A stretch of DNA of 64,000 bases from Histomonas meleagridis 2922-C6/04-290x (Eukaryota > Protista > Parabasalia), in assembly GCA_020184695.1 (NCBI GenBank), contig JAANOX010000153.1:248001-312000 (forward strand), in the 5' to 3' direction. Made by a program: the position numbers and the translations under genes. Positions 20,601-30,323 of this stretch are shown here, piece after piece; within the stretch, counting starts at the first letter, position 1, and each line of letters opens with the position of its first letter. Under the pieces are notes generated by a model. It was not told where the DNA came from, ran no database searches, and was given only the letters and a program-made list of their open reading frames with translations.

Positions 20601-21697
20601 AAACTAAAGAAGAAGTTAAAGAAGAAACTAAAGAAGAAGTTAAGGAAGAAGTTAAAGAAGAAGAAACTAAAGAAGAAGTTAAAGAAGAAACAGTAGTTAA
20701 GGAAGAAACAGAAGTTAAAGAAGAAGAAGTCAAGGAAGAAACTAAAGAAGAAACAGAAGTTAAAGAGGAAGAAACTAAAGAAGAAACTAAAGAAGAAACA
20801 GAAGTTAAAGAAGAAACAGAAGTTAAGGAAGAAGATATTAAGGAAGAAACTAAAGAAGAAGTCAAGGAAGTAACTAAAGAAGAAGAAACTAAAGAAGAAG
20901 TTAAAGAAGAAACAGAAGTTAAGGATGAAGAAGTTAAAGAAGAAACTAAAGAAGAAACAGAAGTTAAAGAAGAAGTCAAGGAAGAAACTAAAGAGGAAGT
21001 TAAAGAAGAAACAGAAGTTAAAGAAGAAGAAGTTAAAGAAGAAGCTAAAGAAGAAACAGAAGTTAAAGAGGAAGAAGTTAAAGAAGAAACTAAAGAAGAA
21101 ACAGAAGTTAAAGAGGAAGAAATTAAGGAAGAAACTAAAGAAGAAACAGAAGTTAAAGAGGAAGAAATTAAAGAGGAAGAAATTAAGGAAGAAACTAAAG
21201 AAGAAACAGAAGTTAAAGAGGAAGAAATTAAGGAAGAAACTAAAGAAGAAACAGAAGTTAAAGAGGAAGAAATTAAAGAGGAAGAAATTAAGGAAGAAAC
21301 TAAAGAAGAAACAGAAGTTAAAGAGGAAGAAATTAAAGAGGAAGAAATTAAGGAAGAAACTAAAGAAGAAACAGAAGTTAAAGAGGAAGAAATTAAGGAA
21401 GAAACTAAAGAAGAAACAGAAGTTAAGGAAGAAATTAAGGAAGAAGCTAAAGAGGAAACAGAAGTTAAGGAAGAAATTAAGGAAGAAGCTAAAGAAGAAA
21501 CAGAAGTTAAGGAAGAAATTAAGGAAGAAACTAAAGAAGAAACAGAAGCCAAATCAGAGAAAATAACGGACTTTGTTGACAACAAAACGCAAAACATTTC
21601 CAAAGGTATCAAATCCAAACTCACAGCGCGCAACATTACAATTGCATTTGCTGTTGTATCACTTTTAGTTGCTATTGTATGGTATACATTCAAATGA
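17666..21697 (+). CDS. RhoGEF (DH-PH) + Kelch repeats + E/K-rich repeat stalk + C-terminal TM anchor
   Basis: RQHIVEEIMSTEQTYINDL and LITPIQRMPRYVLFLRDLLKATP (DH); LYIFGGK, LYVYGGK, LIIGG (Kelch); terminal hydrophobic helix IAFAVVSLLVAIVWYTFK. Confidence 0.88.
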   Translation: MSTFVCFAESKSTTISYKYEEIKGCNTSQLTEKFKISQKILAIHTPFFISALQSDIIPVEEYPKLEVNKRYSKYDRPEYFLTTLLESEKQTESILVTPKNQTTLQIPAFYVAFNLVKFENLTAQDVKQQIIDSLGFSVHDANITIDDEQIPNDTNATKLIERAKKGNLIINFEINDSTQKKLNKRQHIVEEIMSTEQTYINDLTTINDLFMPKISPILNNDDRTLIFRDIPGILACHNQFLSGLKENGTSYSSQLATTFLDFSKFFGVSQNYISNFTAIDNKVSQYNKNPKFAKVLTEVSSLVNNRDLQSYLITPIQRMPRYVLFLRDLLKATPISHPDYELLTLAMTKIEEVTRHMDSSTAFNRLQSTLFPIQKSISNNFVFLDVQRELISETDITIGKNKLRPGKLYLMNTLILLLQTVDKKETKALFDSNIQKFQYQYQFPRLFSIVVDSTQKPYAPKKRLKSTTKFVINFQSETDEDAFFDNLSKLQQNLRKQLSHENKYIFEWKSLKLKCPFPGFTLPKCLTISDDVYILSQRKTKIDMFQINIKNSEMKYSEITISQYKSPFFFNASNDLFIFNYDSLYRFHVADKKFHKVNLDKVISGRIDYAATYYHRKLYIFGGKQDRKFLDELIIIDLKTIKENTAKVSVISASQNSPSARCKSSIFASKNKLYVYGGKNSNCCLNSVHVMDLKNNCWNIIQIPELPQRKRHKVLILNKFALIIGGKPNVTQLLDLSKNEVFNCSEFGNVPDSMSDFDVCFNGISIVAVTPTNLYVIELPKIIRKTLDKDDESEHNPLKRKRRKTQKQRRADRKSVDDVSFNSLDYSQTDTDLNESDSYLLDELQPPSMVEIYENKVNRGKENEGTRKEEVKEEETKEEVKEETVVKEEVKEEVKEETKEEVKEETKEEVKEEVKVAETKEEVKEETKEEVKEETKEEVKEETKEEVKEEVKVAETKEEVKEETKEEVKEETKEEVKEETKEEVKEETKEEVKEEVKEEETKEEVKEETVVKEETEVKEEEVKEETKEETEVKEEETKEETKEETEVKEETEVKEEDIKEETKEEVKEVTKEEETKEEVKEETEVKDEEVKEETKEETEVKEEVKEETKEEVKEETEVKEEEVKEEAKEETEVKEEEVKEETKEETEVKEEEIKEETKEETEVKEEEIKEEEIKEETKEETEVKEEEIKEETKEETEVKEEEIKEEEIKEETKEETEVKEEEIKEEEIKEETKEETEVKEEEIKEETKEETEVKEEIKEEAKEETEVKEEIKEEAKEETEVKEEIKEETKEETEAKSEKITDFVDNKTQNISKGIKSKLTARNITIAFAVVSLLVAIVWYTFK
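20266..21548 (+). repeat. Coding low-complexity tandem repeat (KEE[V/T/I/A] / KEETEV units)
   Basis: About 1.3 kb of AAAGAAGAA(GTT/ACT/ATT/ACA) units in higher-order blocks; explains the antisense poly-Ser and poly-Lys shadow ORFs. Confidence 0.95.
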
Positions 21698-21868
21698 AAT
21701 AAAGTAATTTGTAAACTGTTTGTTGTATTTCTTGTTTTAAACCCACAAAATTGATAATATGATAACATAGTCATTTTTGATTGATACCAACAATTTTTAT
21801 AACCCAAAAGAAAATAAATTACCTTCGAAGTCTCTTGTAAAAGATGAATATTAATATGCAAACTCAGT

Positions 21869-22103
21869 GAAATAGTAAAATTACTTTTTGATAAAGAAGG
21901 AATTGATGTTAATGTAAAAAGAATTCATTTGAATAATTTGGAATATGTTTTAATCATTTGAAACAGCACTTCATATAGCAGTTAGAAATAATGATTTAGA
22001 AATAGTAAAATTACTTTTTGATAAAGAAGGAATTGATGTTAATGTAAAAAGAATTCATTTGAATAATTTGGAATATGTTTTAATCATTTGAAACAGCACT
22101 TCA
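21869..22103 (+). pseudogene. Ankyrin-repeat remnant: exact 130-nt-period tandem duplication with 2 x (17+3)-nt spacers
   Basis: EIVKLLFDKEGIDVNVKR | attcatttgaataattt GGA atatgttttaatcattt GAA | TAL, present twice; no start codon or upstream domain found. Confidence 0.8.
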
Positions 22104-22458
22104 ATTGCATAATTTATTGATTTTCTCTCATTTTCGAAAACCAATGATTATATTGATCTACATATATACAAATATATTAGATTGGTCCAAAATGAAAAAC
22201 AAAAAATAACTGTTGAAGAAACTCAACATTCACCTAAGTTTAATCTTCATTGATAAACAATTCAAAAAAAGCTATCGATCATATTGAATCACAGCAAAAC
22301 TTTTAGAAAAGTGAAACCAATCTTTTACTCTTTAGGGTTTCAAGGTGTTTGAGCATATTTTCTAATGTTTACATGTTTTTTATATAAAAAATATGTTCGT
22401 CTGTCTACAGAGATCTTGAAAAACCTTTGAATGACTTAATCTTTCCTATTTCCTGAAT

Positions 22459-22531
22459 ACCTTCGTAGCTCAACGGTTAGAGCATAGGACTTTTAATCCT
22501 GGGGTTGCGGGTTCGAATCCCGTCGAAGGTG
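22459..22531 (+). tRNA. tRNA-Lys(UUU)
   Basis: Acceptor ACCTTCG/CGAAGGT plus G73, anticodon arm TAGGA-CT-TTT-AA-TCCTG, T-arm GCGGG-TTCGAAT-CCCGT, T8 terminator. Confidence 0.95.
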
Positions 22532-22542
22532 AATTTTTTTTG
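22516..22542 (+). repeat. Left target-site duplication (tRNA-Lys 3' 16 nt plus terminator)
   Basis: AATCCCGTCGAAGGTGAATTTTTTTTG; matches 29238-29264 at 26/27 positions. Confidence 0.92.
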
Positions 22543-25500
22543 TTCTTTGATGGAGAGTTCTATTTTTGCTGAGAATTCGCCTTTAGCTTCGTTACAGGGA
22601 GAGGAATCGAATGATACTTTTTTCTCAAAATTCAAATTTTTATCAGATAGATTATTTGGAAATTCAAAACTTCATACGAACAATTTTACAGGAATAGAGG
22701 GTCATACATCTGAATTACGATCAACAGAAAACGAATCTTTAATTACGAATAATTATGAAGATATTTATATTTTAAAGTTCGACCATGTACTACAAGATAA
22801 GACTAATAAATGGGATATTAATGAAAATTATTATAGAGATAACAAAGAAATTATTACAGATCGAACATTACAAAACTTTTTACAAAATTATATAATTAAT
22901 AAAGATTTTCCCAACAAGGAAGAAATTAAAAGAATTATTAGCGATACAATCAAGAAACAAATACCAAAGCCTAACATTTGGTTACAACAGAATTAATTAA
23001 TTTATAATTTTTTAAATTTCCCAATTTCTCAATTATTCAAATTAAATGAGTTTCGTGAAATTCCATTACCCGAACCATTTTGTTGTTCATCAGTTCCAGA
23101 ATGTAATTTTTTCACAAAAAATTTTCAAATACTATCAAAACATTTATCAGAAGAACATGATATTGACCCTAATCAAGAATTACTCTTTCACGAAAGAATC
23201 ATACAAAGATTATTGACTAAAAACGAATATATTATAAAATCAAAAAATTATAAAAGATTCTGTCCGTTTCCAAATTGTTATAAAATTATTTCTAACAATT
23301 TTGAATTAATCAAGACCACAGTTCAGAAATAATTATAAATTCTTTACAAACCGTCGGGTTATTTTGGACGTTAATCTTTTCATGGACAAAAACTTACGGA
23401 AAATTACATCATTAAATTTATTAAAAACACAAGTTGATTTTGGAATATTTAATAATATTAATCCAGATGCTTGGAGAGAAATTTATTTGATTAATGAACA
23501 TTATGAAAACAAAGATTTTACTGAAATTGATTTACCATATTGGATATTAATCATCGAACAAAATAACATCAATATTGAGATTACGAATATATGTTCTTAT
23601 CGAGGTTTAATATTACCACCAGATACTTTTCGAATTATAAATAAAACATTATTAATCAGACCTGACACATTACAAGTCTTAAATAACAAAATTAGACCAA
23701 ATAAAAACATTTCTCATGTTACACAAGTTAAACAATATCCAATTAATGTTCCTAATTTCTCTATTACACAGAAAAACATAAATTGTGATTTACCAGTAGT
23801 AAAAGTTGAAGAAAAAATTATTGATATTCCAGACTTCAAAATCAATAATGAGAAAAAATTAATATCGTTATACCTTATTACAACAAAGAAGACAAGTTAA
23901 TTACAATTCCTGATATTAAAATTAATAAAGAAAATTATTTAATACCAATTCTCAAATTTAAGAAAAAATTGGTATCTATTAAAATACCAGAGTATGAGAA
24001 ACAAACAGAAAATTTTATAATTCCAATACCTAATAATCAACAAGAAGATTTCAAAATAGACATACCGAATTACCAACAAAATTTACGAAATTATATAATA
24101 CCAATACCTCAATACAATCAAGAAAATTTTTTAGTTAATATTCCGAATTATCAAAATCAAATACAAAACATTAATATTCCAATACCAAACTATCAAAATC
24201 AAGTACAATATATTAATATTCCTATTCCGTATTACAATAAAGAAATTGTACCAGTTAATATTCCACAGATTAAAGTTAATGAACAAATTATAGAAGTACC
24301 AAAAATTAAATTTGTAGAAAAAGATATCAATTTTTCAATGCCAAACTATAATTTATCAAATATTAATATCAATATAAATCTAAATAATAACGAAACTCAA
24401 AATCAAAATAACAATGATAATCAAAATCAACTAAACTCAAATATTACATCCTTAGGATTCAATAACAATAATATTCCACAAGAAAATCAAATTCAAAATC
24501 AAATCAATAACATCAATTTAAATAATAATAATAATCACAATAATGAAAATAATAATAATATTAATGATGAAGGAGATTATACACCAGAAAATTTATTGAA
24601 TGATATTAGAAATGCGAATACTAAAGAAGAAATTAAATTAGTAATTAATAAATGGAAGAATAAAGATTTAAACGAGAACTTATTCATCTGCAATAATAAT
24701 AGATTTAAAATACCAATTTTAAATATTATAGCATTCGAAAAAAGTTGGCCAGGTGTAGGACCTTTTGTATGTACACAAGGAGATGGAAAAGCATTTACAT
24801 GTGTACCTCATTTGAAATATCATGAGAAACAAGTACATTTTAAAACATTTCCATATTGTACGATGTTAGAATTTTTAAACTTTTTAAGTTTAAGAAAAAA
24901 TTATTGGGAACAAGTTAATTTACAAGACCAACATCAAAGTTATCATAAGAATCTTTATTTTTGCTTTTGTCCAAATTGTGATTATTTTACTATGAATCAG
25001 GGTTCATTTTCTTCACATATGAAAACCAAACACAAATATATAGTTGATAAAAAATCAGAAATAGGATGGATTTGGGCGACTATTAAATATTGGATTAATC
25101 AAGTTAACCGAACACCAAATATTAACAAATTGATGAAAGAAAGATATGGTTTATTATGTGGTTATTGTAAAAAGACAATTACAGCTAATGAAGGAAACTT
25201 AAAATTACATGCATCTTCAATGCATAGTGATTCAAGAATAAAAGGAACAATTATCCCAAAACAAAAGATTAAGATTAAATCCACAATATTTAGAATCCTG
25301 CTACAAGAACAAATTGATGAAATTGTTAATGAAATTAAAGTTCAAGAGCAATCAACAGATGATAACAATAATAATCACTTCAATGATAGAAATATTATTA
25401 TTAATCAACAAATTAATGGAGAAATTAATAGAAATAATAATATTATTATACAAGATCAAGATCAAAGAGTCATTCAACAAGAACAATCAAATAATCAAGA

Positions 25501-28500
25501 AGTACAACAAAATAATAATCTAGAACAACAACGAGAAGAACAACTAAATAATAATCAAGAAGAACAACAAAATAATAATCAGGAACAACAACAAGTCGAA
25601 AATATAGGAATGACTCAGAAAGAACAACAAATTATTATAGAAGAAAGAAACTATTTACTAATAAAATGTAGAAAATGGTTAAATAGGGTAGAAATAGAAG
25701 AACAAAATGAGATTCATTTACCTAAACTTACTAAAAATATCAGACAAAAACTTATTATTTCAATTAAAGAATGTATGAAAAATAAAATAATTCCAATATT
25801 AAAGAAATGTTTAATCCAATAAATGAAAGTGAAACAGAATGGATAATCTTTGAAGGAGGATTAGCCAAAATGAATTTATCTATTAGAAAAACTTTACATA
25901 TTTCTTTAGAAAAATTGTTAGGTAAATCTATTAAGAAGAATAAAATCACAGATAGAGAAAAAGATACAATTAGAAGACAAAACAATATAATTAGAAATTT
26001 ATCAGAAATTACTAGTTATATTAAAAGGATTATAGAATTAAAAGATAAAACACCTACACAAACTATATTAAATACTATTTCAAGTATCGAAATAGAAATA
26101 GAAAATATTTTAAAGAATACTAATAATGATATATTAAATAAAATAATTGGAGGAAATAACATTGAACATATTCGAAACATTATTAATGATAATCCAGAAC
26201 ATAGAGAAAATGAATTAAATTATATTTCAGCTACATTAGAAAATATTCAACAAGATAATATGAATATTATATCAAAGAAATATAAAAATATAACTCAAAA
26301 CATGTATCGAGAAGATCCAGTTAGAGCTATCAGATGGTATATATTAAATGATCCTACACCAGAATGTGATTCAAATATAGAAGAAGTTGAGAATTATTAT
26401 AAAATACAATTTGAGAGAATTGCGAATTTTGAAGAACCAAAAGAAAATAGTTTATGGGACTCAAAAAAAATGATTGAGAAGAAAATAGAGATTTTTTAGT
26501 AAATAATCTATTAGATAAACATTTAATTAGAAATTCAATAAGATCAAGATCAAATATGGCTGCTAATGGTCCAGATGGAATTGGAAATCCTATATGGAAA
26601 ATAGATATTAAATCAACTACTAAAATTATTAAAATGATTAATGAACAAATAATTAAATTCGGAAAATTACCACAAACTTTAAAGAATTCGAAAACAATAT
26701 TATTATATAAAAAAGGTGATCCAAAAGAAATTAAATCTTGGAGACCTATATTAATATCAAATACATTGTATAGAATTGTAATGTGTCAGATATCAAAGAT
26801 TATCCAAATTATAAATCAAAATTGTAACTTTATTAATCATGTACAAAAAGGATTTAAAGCTGGTATTAATGGTATTTCAGAACATATAGCAACTATAAAT
26901 GAATTAATTTCTGAAGCTAAAAGAAATAATTCTTCAATCATTATTACTACACTAGATTTTACTAATGCTTTTGGGTCTGTTCCTCATAAAGCTATTTTAT
27001 GGAGTTTAAAGAAAAGAGGATTCCCAACGAAATTTATAGAAGCAATTAAAGACTTATATGATAATTCTTATACTACTATCAAAGTTGGAAATAAAAGAAC
27101 TGAACAAATTAAAATAAATAGAGGTGTAAGACAAGGATGTCCTTTATCACCTTTATTATTTAATTCATGCTTAGAACCTTTATTAAAGAAAATCCAGATT
27201 AAGCATAAACTGGATGGTGTTCCAATTAATACAAATGATAATGAGGTAATATATTTTAATATTCAAGCTTATGCTGATGATATAGTCTTGATTTCTCAAA
27301 CCCCTGAAGGTATGCAAAACATGTTAAATACAGTAGAAAAGTTCTGTAAGAAGAATGATATGTCAATGGCTCCACAAAAATGTAAAACTTTAAGTTATAT
27401 TAGAGAAAATAATCGAAGAGTTACATTAAATTATAACTTACAAATTCAGAATGATAATATTCCTAATTTACCATTATTAGAAGCTTTAGAATATTTAGGT
27501 TCATCTGCAGTAATTAAAAGAAAAGGTAGTTTTGATCATGCTAATATTAGATTAAATAAGATTAAAAATGAAATCATTAAAATTATGAAATCCCCATCAA
27601 AATTTAATCAAAAGATAGATGCGATTAAAAGAATGATTCTTCCTGAAATAGATTTCGAATTATTAAATGGTTATTGTTCAGAGAAAGAATTAAATAATAT
27701 TGATACAATGATTAGGAAATTAATTATGAAGGAATGTAAAACTAATAGTTTACCTAAAGAATTATTTTATACTAAATGGAGAGATGGAGGTTTAGGGTTA
27801 CCAAAATTATGGGAAAGAGCTAAAACTTTACAAATTAAGAACTTCCTAAATATTATAAAATCCTTTGATCCAAATTCTAGGAAATTATTCAGACAATCTT
27901 TTATTAATGAAATAGATTATAGAAAGATCGAAAAAGATTACAATTCACCCTATTTAAATATTCCAGTTGATGAGAATAATATAATTACACAAAACAGAAC
28001 AAATTGTTTATTCTCAAGAACAATTAAATCTTTAGCCAAATTAAAAATTGGTATGAAGATGAACTTTAATAAAGAAACTGCTAAAATATGGGACAACAAT
28101 TCAAATGATATTAATAAAATAATAGTTGATGAAACAAATATATTAAAAGAATTAAATAATATAATTAAAAACAGACATGGAGAAAAATTAAGAGCAAAAC
28201 CTATCAAAGGTTACACATTTAACACATTACAAAATTCTCCGTTATCCAATTTCTTCATTGGGAATTATAAAGCTCCAACTGCTGACTGCATTATACATTT
28301 CGCCGTAGTTTCAAGAACAAACAATTTGCCTACAGGCGAAATTTTGTATAAAAATGGAATCGGCGATGGAATTTGTCATAAATGTAATAACAATTACAAT
28401 GATTCCCTCATGCACAGATTAAATGGTTGTATTAATTTAAGAAATAAATATACTATTCGACATAATGCAATCATTAAAGAAATATTAAAAGAAATTAAAC

Positions 28501-29237
28501 CGAATAATAATATTATATTTAATTATGATAGGCCAATCAGTAAAAGAAATATAAGATTAGAAGGAAACTCCAGAAATCTTAAACCGGATGTATGGTGGTT
28601 TTCCAGTAATTATCAAAATCTTAAAATTATTGAAGTAACGTCACCATATGGCCAATTAACTGACGACCCAAATAGTAATGAAAGAAAATCAACTTTAGAG
28701 TTGAGAAGAATAGAGAAGATTAACAAGTATAGACAACTAATTGAAGATTGTAGGAATACATTTAACGTCCAAGTGGAATTTTATGTTATAGTAGTATCCT
28801 CGTTAGGTGCAATTCCTGAAGAAACAATTCATGAATTAAAACTATTATATAATAATGAAAGAACAGCGAGATTAGTAGCAAAAAGATGTTCAGTAGCCGC
28901 TTTAAGAGAATCTATGTTGTTATTATATAAGAGTTTTAAAGAGTATAACGTACTACAAAATAATAATGATACTACTATTAACATTCAACCAACATCATCA
29001 AATGAAGAAGATTCAATCGATGATTTACAAGAAGATGTTGGTGTAAATCAAGAAGAACTTGACGAAAATGTTGAGGATGGGTTAGGGCATCCCCAACATG
29101 ACGATCAATAAAGTCCTTAAAAAAAACCGACGAGATTTGGTTTATGAATAAAACAAGAGTCAAAGTGAAGTAGAACAAGGCGGACGCGTCTATAATTAAA
29201 GATAATATCACTAATAACATACGACAATGAATAAACA
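22543..29237 (+). mobile_element. Non-LTR retrotransposon with restriction-like endonuclease (R2/NeSL-type architecture) inserted at the tRNA-Lys 3' end; ORF disrupted by one in-frame stop and several frameshifts
   Basis: RT motifs GVRQGCPLSPLLFN and AYADD; CCHC knuckle CHKC...H...C, RHN, KPD, IIEVTSPY (RLE); N-terminal C2H2 fingers. Bounded by a 27-bp direct repeat. Confidence 0.93.
26556..29111 (+). CDS. Reverse transcriptase + RLE endonuclease portion of the retrotransposon ORF
   Basis: 851-aa ORF with RT and RLE motifs. Its frame extends upstream and joins ORF 25807-26499 if one T is added to the T-run near 26492-26497. Confidence 0.9.
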   Translation: MAANGPDGIGNPIWKIDIKSTTKIIKMINEQIIKFGKLPQTLKNSKTILLYKKGDPKEIKSWRPILISNTLYRIVMCQISKIIQIINQNCNFINHVQKGFKAGINGISEHIATINELISEAKRNNSSIIITTLDFTNAFGSVPHKAILWSLKKRGFPTKFIEAIKDLYDNSYTTIKVGNKRTEQIKINRGVRQGCPLSPLLFNSCLEPLLKKIQIKHKLDGVPINTNDNEVIYFNIQAYADDIVLISQTPEGMQNMLNTVEKFCKKNDMSMAPQKCKTLSYIRENNRRVTLNYNLQIQNDNIPNLPLLEALEYLGSSAVIKRKGSFDHANIRLNKIKNEIIKIMKSPSKFNQKIDAIKRMILPEIDFELLNGYCSEKELNNIDTMIRKLIMKECKTNSLPKELFYTKWRDGGLGLPKLWERAKTLQIKNFLNIIKSFDPNSRKLFRQSFINEIDYRKIEKDYNSPYLNIPVDENNIITQNRTNCLFSRTIKSLAKLKIGMKMNFNKETAKIWDNNSNDINKIIVDETNILKELNNIIKNRHGEKLRAKPIKGYTFNTLQNSPLSNFFIGNYKAPTADCIIHFAVVSRTNNLPTGEILYKNGIGDGICHKCNNNYNDSLMHRLNGCINLRNKYTIRHNAIIKEILKEIKPNNNIIFNYDRPISKRNIRLEGNSRNLKPDVWWFSSNYQNLKIIEVTSPYGQLTDDPNSNERKSTLELRRIEKINKYRQLIEDCRNTFNVQVEFYVIVVSSLGAIPEETIHELKLLYNNERTARLVAKRCSVAALRESMLLLYKSFKEYNVLQNNNDTTINIQPTSSNEEDSIDDLQEDVGVNQEELDENVEDGLGHPQHDDQ

Positions 29238-29264
29238 AATCCCGTCGAAGGTGAATATTTTTTG
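29238..29264 (+). repeat. Right target-site duplication
   Basis: AATCCCGTCGAAGGTGAATATTTTTTG; copy of 22516-22542 with one mismatch. Confidence 0.92.
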
Positions 29265-29574
29265 AATTTTTTGGAGCATCATAACCAATTTATTGTAATG
29301 ATAGATCAAATGAAATGATTTTTAGTAAATTATTCATGAATGACAAATATAGTAAAAAAATTATATTTTTCTTAAGTTATTTTTAACTTTTTTCCAAAAA
29401 GATTTTATTAAATTTTTACTCTTAGATTATATTTCTGATATTTGTTAAAAATCTTGTTACAATTCCCATACAGCTAATTTTGTAATAACAGTAGGATTGT
29501 TCTTTCAACAAGAACACTGCTAATATCGCACAATAAGGTGTTCAGCAACAAGATTATTAAAATGATGAACGATG

Positions 29575-30221
29575 TTAAAATTTACTTATTATTTGCTTTA
29601 ACGGTGCGTATTGATCTTCTGGAATTAAATTGAATTCCTTTGCAAAAATTACAAAGTGCCTAAAGCACGTGTTCAAATGTGCCTCAGCTCCAATTTTTTG
29701 TATCTGTTCGCGATGGTGGTAATAAATATGTGCATAAATTCTGAACATCCTTTTGAATATATTGCATAAAATTTCTTTGAAATTCTTGGGAAATGGCGTA
29801 GCAGGATCACTAGGGAATACAGACTCATCTTCTAAATACTTTTCAACCATAAGCAAAACATTTGAAATATATTCTTTTGCAGGGATCATTGTTGGCTTTT
29901 TGTATTTGTCATTATCTTGCCAGTAATATTTATATGCAGGGCCTGCTGTCATTTCAGGACAAGATTCGGTTGTACAATTATCAACTATTGCAGAATAAAG
30001 ACAATTTAGCTGATTGAAAAACTCAGTTACATGTGCTGCTGCCCATTCTTCAAATGTACGATTTTCTGGAAGTTTTACTGCTGCCTTTAAATCACCTGCG
30101 CCTAATGAAGCCATTTGACTGATTTCTTTTATTTGAGGATTGCCTGCACCACGGACAGGTCTAAATGTTCCTTGATTCTTATTTCTGGAATTAGTATTTA
30201 AAAATACAGCCAATTAAACAT
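29575..30221 (-). CDS. MOB1: MOB1-family kinase activator, with one 23-nt intron (30185-30207)
   Basis: AAVKLPENRTFEEWAAAHVTEFFNQ...CPEMTAG..Y.YYWQD...IFKRMFRIYAHIYYHH. ATG at 30221 plus removal of GTATTTTTAAATACTAATTCCAG gives MFNWLNKNQGTFRP. Confidence 0.92.
30185..30207 (-). other. Canonical short spliceosomal intron, 23 nt
   Basis: GT...ACTAAT-TCCAG: GT-AG ends with a branch-point-like ACTAAY next to the 3' splice site; removal puts the only nearby ATG in frame. Confidence 0.8.
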
Positions 30222-30323
30222 TGGTTTGAAGTGCACTTTCCAGTATGCAAAAATGTATCGTTATAGAATTTTTCTTTGAAAATTTCAATTGAAAACGTTG
30301 TAAAAATCAATTCAAACAATTAT

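Noticed and set aside
20197-21861. 554-aa antisense Ser/Leu ORF and 213-aa poly-Lys ORF
   Set aside because: Shadow frames of the KEE coding repeat.
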